Part shown: positions 53,116 to 64,000 of the stretch, one piece after another | Numbering within the stretch: position 1 is the first letter of the stretch | How the letters are laid out: the number at the start of each line of letters is the position of its first letter | Source of the DNA: Balanoglossus misakiensis | Lineage: Eukaryota > Animalia > Hemichordata | NCBI GenBank assembly: GCA_040954595.2 | Contig: CM082580.2 | Coordinates: 8,534,390-8,598,389 of the forward strand | Direction: 5' to 3' | Length of the DNA stretch: 64,000 nucleotides | Program-made: the position numbers and the translations under genes | The notes under the pieces: model-generated | Told to the model about the DNA's origin: nothing | Databases searched by the model: none | Seen by the model: only the letters and a program-made list of their open reading frames with translations

Positions 53116-56100
53116 ATGGCTTCCTCCAGTGGTAGAAATCCTAAAGACCTGAAAAACATGGTCCAGTCGAGTAGGCAGGTAGGAATTAAATCAAGTGCTG
53201 GATCAACAGTGACTCATGTGGTTTCCTACTCTGTGGAACACCACACAGTTTGTGAGTTGTATTATTCAGGCAAAATATGTTTGATGGCCGAGAACTAGCT
53301 ATGTAGCACAATAGCCAGCTCAGCTGATCAACGAAGATGTGTGGCCGCAGTTCCACACAGTTGTTTGGGGACTGAATTTCATTTGCAAAGATTTACATAG
53401 TAAAAGACAGACCGGCCACGGGTCTGCAGTCAAAATGCACACGATAAACTTGGGGATGAACCTGTCATAAACATCACCACAAGTACAGCACGCTACACTC
53501 AATAACATGAATACATGTATGTGAATCCCAACATGTAAAAGATAACAATGAGATGAGAACACCTGTGAATACCAGTACGGCAGTAGGCTGTACCCCTTTC
53601 CTATATATGTACGTCTGTTGAATGTTGACCAAATACTGAGGCTAAACCCCAAGAATCTCACGAATATACAATTTAATGCTGCTGCTGCTGCAGTAGTTAC
53701 TGGGTAGAAAATGCATTCCTGCCACTTAAGGTCAATCATTTTTTTAGTTGTTTAAATATGTACTGTACAAATAATCCAAGTATCAGGAAAACATGCCGTG
53801 ATCATTGCATTTGTATACTGTACATACCCACAGAGAAACTAACCAACAGTGAAAACATTTGGCCATCAGTATCATCATGTCCATGTTATTACTAACATTT
53901 GTCGATTACTTTACATTCCTGTGACAGGATGTGGATGACATGCTTGAAGGCCTCGAGAAACTCCGTGCACTCTCCAAAGACGACAAAACAGAGAGCGCCA
54001 TGCTGCGGGCACGCATCGACGAACAGTCGCAGCTCATCTGCATCCTGAAGCAGAGGGCGGACGAGTACGTACAGAAAGCACAAACCCTGGAGCGAGTCAA
54101 CAAAGAGTTGGAGAGCTTCCGCGACAGTGCGCAGCAGATCATCGACAACGAGATCAAAAAGTTCAACCTGTTGGACAAGCGGTTTCACGAGCTGGCCGAC
54201 AACCACGAGGAGATGATCCGCTTCAAGGACGAGTACAAGCGTCAGAACGAGCAGCTGAGAACACAGAACGCGCAGCTCAGAGACGAGAACAAGAGGCTGT
54301 TTTCCGGGGCGATACGGGAGAGAGACGAGAAAATCCAGAGCATGGAGGAGAGTATGAACAGCTTGAGGCAGCAGTGCGAAGAGTATGAAAAGAAATTGAG
54401 GTAAACTATAACATTTGTTTCCATACACAAAGTGTGACTGACAACTAGTTTCAGTGAGCTGATCAACATAAGGGATAAGATACCAAATAACCATTAAAAA
54501 TAACACAATACGTCAACTGTGAGCAACTTTGTCCCTTTTAAACCATCATGTCTCTCAGTCCCTGTGTTGCATATGTGTGTACTTTGATTTCCATTCATCC
54601 ATTATACAAACACTATTCTCTCACAAACCCAGCAAACTCGAGGATGAAGTCACCAGCACAAGGCAGATACTGCAGAGGGAACTCAGGGATAAAGAAATGC
54701 AGTTCCAGAACGAGGTGGCAATATTACAGAAGAAGGTCAAAGAAACGGAGGAGCATCTCAGAGGTGGGTGTTGTGCATGCAGTTCACATGCCAGGGGCTG
54801 TGCAGTCCACATGTAGTGGACTCCTAAAGAAATACAATACTCCTAAAGAAATACAATGTACTACAGTAGTACATAGAATGGAAAATTACTAACCTTCCAG
54901 CAAGTCAGTCTGCTTGTATTCTTTGGAATATGTCACTGTTGGGTATATTCTGTTCAACAGTTGCCTCATCAACAGGAGGGAGAAGCAGAAATTTCTGCAG
55001 TTCATTGAGTTCACAGTCTTCCCAAAGCATCAGCAACAACTTGTGATAACATCCACAGGATATCCCAGTCCATGGCCTCAATGGTGGTGTCGGCCATTTT
55101 TAGTCTAATAAGAGCTGCACTGAACTGGAGCTACGTCCTGCATGCTCTGCGTTCTACAGAGAAATGAGACTGGCCTGACCCGAACACCAAAGTGGGAAAC
55201 ACCTGTCAAAGTTCTGATATCCAATCAGAATGAGTTGATAAAATTCAAATTCACCAGGTGCCTCACACATCACCACACTATTCTTATGTTAATAAGAACA
55301 CATGTACCACTCAGACCTATAGAGATCATGCTGAGAAAATAGTAATCACTGTATCTCAGTGGGTCTGTGATGTATTATTTGTGATTTGTTTTGGCAGGAG
55401 CTACAGCCAAACTTCAGATGCACAGGGACAGCGTCCAGAATGCGGACGCTGCCAGACAACTAGCGTTAGAGAAACTCAACAAAGAAAGAGATGAATTGCT
55501 TGACCTGGCAATGCAGAGGGGGAAGTTAATTCAGGTAAAAAGAAATGAACCAAACAAGTCCAATATAGTTGGTGGAAAACCTAATAAGTTACACCAAGAA
55601 TTGCTCGAGAAATACTGACAACCAACAAACGCACACTGAAATTCCACCACTGCACAACAAGAGATGGATTATATTGTTTGGATCTCAAACATGTAAGCCC
55701 CCTACTACAATGTGCGTACCTCTGTTGCTATACAACAAAGCCAGCTTGCTGGATTATTTAACCCTTTCACCACCGTGGTTCGGTCCAAATCCATTGTTGT
55801 CTATGTCTGCAGAGGGAAATGGGGGTGAAAGGGTAAATGTAGGCAGGTGGGGTGGGTAGCAGACCTATATGTACATTGTACCTTTTTGTCTTGGTAGGAG
55901 AAACAGAAAGAAATCAAATCAACTCAAGATAAACTCATGGCCGCTGAGAGAGCTGTAAAATTAATGGAGGACAAGTTTGAGTAAGTGGTCTATATCACAT
56001 TTTGTATAGGAATTTAAACTGTACCAATACCTCTGATCGTGTTGTTACCATATCTTTTTAGTGCTGTTGGTTAGGAGTATCTCGAATGTACGTGGCGCTA

Positions 56101-56551
56101 ATATTTCACGTGGTCTTTGTCACTGAGTGACCATCCAAATTCTAGGTTTGCTCTTGTTGTCTCTCAGTTTACAAATAACATTGTCCAAGCAAAACACAAG
56201 CTGTGATTCACTTGTTTTGTACCCTTCTTGTTTTTCAGGCGCGAGTCTGCAGCTGTCGACGCAAATCTTCAAGTGAAGAAACTGAGGCGAGAGAGGGAAG
56301 AATCGGTGTATAAAGAAAGAGAACTGGTTTTAGTAAGTTGTTTGGAAATTGTAACGCTTTTTTTGCAAAGAGTTAGGGAGGACTGCATACAATGCAAATC
56401 TGTCAGAATAGCCTGTCAACTCTAAGCACACCATCCACATTGCCTTATTTGTCCTTTCTTGCAGGAATTTGATGCATACAAACGACACACGAACGGTCTG
56501 CTGAAGAAAGAAAAGGAACTTAATGAAAAGCTGCGACATCTCATGTCATAG
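53116..56551 (+). CDS. CCDC89: Coiled-coil domain-containing protein 89, 7 coding exons
   Basis: Exons 53116-53178, 53928-54400, 54633-54763, 55398-55534, 55898-55980, 56239-56332 and 56465-56551 have consistent phases. The signature segments AMLRARIDEQSQLICILKQRADE and C-terminal EFDAYKRHTNGLLKKEKELNEKLRHL match vertebrate CCDC89 as I recall it. Confidence 0.88.
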
Positions 56552-57197
56552 TGTCAAAGGTCAAGTTTCGTGACAGTTGCTGGTTCAGCTGTCATAGCAA
56601 CAGCAAGTCAACTGTGTTGTTGTTGTTTTTCACCGTTGCCAATGTTTCATACAGTACTGGGAGACCCGTTTGTCAAGACTTTGATGAAGGCTTCATTCCC
56701 GAGACTCAACTGCGGAGTTTGTGGATCTCGTGACGCAAGAAATAATAGAGTCCGATGATGTGGTGATGATCTTGAGAGAAGTTGCCTCGCCTTTCTGGTC
56801 CCACGTACCATGCCGTGTACGTGCCAATGTGGCTGGTTAAAATCTTCCAAGAATCAGTGCACACAAGACAGAGCCCAGGTGCATGCATTTCTCAACACCG
56901 AGTGATGAGGACAAATTGCCAAATTCTTCCTTCTTGATCCTGGATACTGAACACTTGTTCTTCAAAGATGGTGTCCCACTAAACATCATCTCCTAAGACG
57001 CTGTTTCTTCACATATTCCAATCTGCGATGTGCATGGTTCAGATTTCACCTTTACTGTATTTATGTAGTTTTTTACCCATCCTAAGTTATTTGTAGGGCA
57101 TGTGCTCATTTGAGTTTTAAGCTGTTCAATTATACTGTACATACATTTACATATTCTTAAAGATAATCACAACATGTAATAATTTATATTTATGTTC

Positions 57198-57584
57198 AAT
57201 AAATCACAAATGACCGATGCAGACTTAAGAGATTCACGGACATGCTGTATCTCAAGGCTTCTGCGCCCCTTTCCAAAGGAACAGCTGTGTGAATCACATG
57301 ACCTGAAATGCCACATCAATAGATAAACGCTGATTGGCGATTTATCCCACATTGTAACACTGCTGTAATCGAACCAGTCGAGGATTATGGGTAATTTCAG
57401 ATGCATATAGAGGGCGCTAGAAATTAGCCAGAAAGACCAACTGGCCAACACAAAGCCAAGTTGCTAACTTTCAACATAAGGGCGCAACTCATACCATGAA
57501 TCCACCCAACTCCTGTGACAGGCAGCAGTTGTCATTTCCAGTCCACGCACACACTTTCCAATAATGTATTCACAGTGGTTTATT
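57198..57584. terminator. Convergent polyadenylation signals: CCDC89 (AATAAA, + strand, 57198) and ATP5F1B (AATAAA, - strand, 57584-57579)
   Basis: Canonical hexamers downstream of each stop codon. Confidence 0.5.
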
Positions 57585-57837
57585 TCAGAAAAACCATTAC
57601 AAGCAGGGCGAAGCTTCTGTACTCCTCTTACGAGTAAATCTTACATTACAGACGGAACTTGACATGCCCTGTGTATGATGTTCAACTGTGCAATTCCTCT
57701 CTCCAAACAAAACGTCCCAATGCTTATATAAACACACATTCAAATAATTTCATTACTCATGGCAAACCAACTCTGGACAGGCGGGGGGTTAAGATATATT
57801 TCTACAAAAAACATTTCATCTTGACAACATTCAAAAA

Positions 57838-61887
<4,050 letters not shown>

Positions 61888-64000
61888 GGTGGACAACGAT
61901 GGCGGAGACCGGGTGGTAGCGTGCCGTGTGCAAAAACGGCTTCACGAAAGACCCCGGATGTTCGTATCAGGTTCGGCAAAACTCGAGAATCCCGAAACTG
62001 CTCGAAGTGAACGAATATATATGGACGGCGCCACCACAGCTGCATGAGGCATGAACATTTGAATTTGCAGCATGCAGGATTATAGACTCAATAATATTTC
62101 TAAATACATACCATTTGAAAAGAAATCGAAAAAAGCCATTGATGTAAATTACTATAGTAAAGCCTTCACTAAAATATGACATCGTGCATAAGCGGATAGT
62201 CTGTATCAGTGTATGGATTATTTTTCTTGACGATTATTTTGAGTGACACGTGATGAAGCACCCGAATCGACATGCTTTATACACCATACGAAGATTTTAT
62301 TTCTCGTAAATTGTTTACAAAACTCGAATAAATCTTCAAAAAATGATTGATGGGTTAACCGATTGAATTCATCATGAAAAGTTGTTAATTTCACAACAAA
62401 AATGAAAACGAAAATATTTGACATTTCTCCACACCGAGGACGAAGTGAAGTGCGATGTGAAAGGGTTCGCTTGATGATACTCTTGTACCAATCGAAAGCA
62501 AAGATTCGCTCATCAAGTCCGAAGAACCGTGTCAAAGTATAGTCACAGGGAACAGTGATTGACCCGAGTGGAGAAGATATGAGTACGATGGCACCCCTTG
62601 TGGTGATTTGGCATCGGATTCCTCGTGTGATTTGGCAAATGCACCCAATCCAAACCATCTATTCAATACCCAGAAATGGGTGTAATAGATAGCAATAGAA
62701 ATATACGATATGACTCTATCCCCAAAATATCAAAAATAGAAGTTGACTTATTGTAATTGTAACAGTACAGTCCCATTTATCCGTTCGTTAATTAATCGCT
62801 CCTCACGCGCCACTGGCTTATTTGACAATTCAGTCGTTTTGTCAACCAAATCCAATTTGGTATTACATGTAGCAGAAACACGGTATAATGGTAGTAACTT
62901 ATAAGAATACAGAGATTTCTCGATCATAGACAGTTCAATAATATACATTTGACGAAACGAATTCAAAAAGTTATACCGCTCTCGCTCGCTTCCTCGCCGG
63001 ACCGTTTTTTCTGTCCTTCGTCTTAAACAAAGCGCTCTCCACCAAATATTCTTCGCGAATTTTCGCCATTAAAAGTCCTCTCATAAAAAGTACGTGCACA
63101 GAATTCCTTGCTTCAGACAGTCGGCGAGTGTGACAGGTTCTAGAGTTGAAATACGTTGATATCTTTCTGACATGTGTCCACGTCGCGGCGACGCAATCAA
63201 CATGTTCAAAGTCAGTCCTATGCGTATAAACGCCCTCTCCCGGCAGACTCGGATGTTGCGGGTGTCTGGGCAACCATTCCTCACACGCAGACACCGCTCC
63301 AAAATTACTTGCCCCGTAGTCAGATGCAAACACGCGCACGATTCACTGGATACTCTGCATGTTGCAGCGGTTTTCGTGGACACCAGATAATGAAGTTTTA
63401 GAGACTGGTTTCTCGGCGCTACAAGCAGGTCGTTGATATGCATGAAACAAAACAGAAAACAGGCATGTTAAGTGAAGTTTGTAAATTTGCTGTTTTTCTC
63501 TAGTTCATAACATACACAAAATTTTAAACGATACCCGAAAACATCGTGCCATCCATAGGTAGACAAAGACATGAGTGCGTCAGCCTAAGGGTAGACGCAG
63601 AAAGAACCGAAGAGCGCATGCCCCAGATTATGACGGAACTATTGAGAAAAGACAAAAATGATGCAAAACACAATGGCTGAACGTCCCATAACTACATGCT
63701 ACATGCAGACTTTCCCCAAGTCATGGGCATAATTCATAACGCAAGAGGAAAAACACAAAGACACGTAGTGGTGAAAAAGAACTTGAACTGGTGTGCATGA
63801 GAATACGTTGTGACATTGACGTACCACAGGGCCAAAACAGAGAGAAACGCGTCTTTGGTCGGATTTTTCTGTTACCATAAACAGCAGAAAAGAACAATAC
63901 TATGGTTTTACCAGCTTTCTGGGTCCCATATTTTGCAGTAAATCCATCATAAATGGTGGCGAAACCAACAGATCGCTTTTACCCCAAATAAATCTTGTTC

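Noticed and set aside
62200-64000. Several 70-146 aa ORFs upstream of ATP5F1B, possibly decayed coding or transposon sequence
   Set aside because: No recognisable domain, frequent stops in all frames and no consistent splice model.

Overview
Eukaryotic, intron-containing animal DNA. Gene content and style suggest an invertebrate deuterostome such as a hemichordate or echinoderm (inference). Positions 1-39 kb are gene-poor and CpG-rich. They hold a 3-exon kisspeptin-receptor-like GPCR (minus strand), several MITE-like inverted-repeat elements and microsatellites. Positions 39.8-62 kb are a compact cluster of five genes: an unrecognised N-myristoylated Cys-rich/coiled-coil gene, a 12-exon DBF4 orthologue (about 1439 aa), a 4-exon secreted protein with only the N-terminal fibrinogen-type YCD..GGGW subdomain, CCDC89, and mitochondrial ATP synthase beta. 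DBF4 has a U12-type intron, a GC-AG intron and a ~1050-aa tail with a LEDGF/TND-binding EEFxGF motif. Three ATP synthase beta introns each host a copy of one box C/D snoRNA. Its D-box guide targets the 18S rRNA nucleotide equivalent to yeast Gm1572 (snR57 site); I cannot assign a target to its conserved D' guide. All gene models were spliced by hand with phase checks; no database searches were run.
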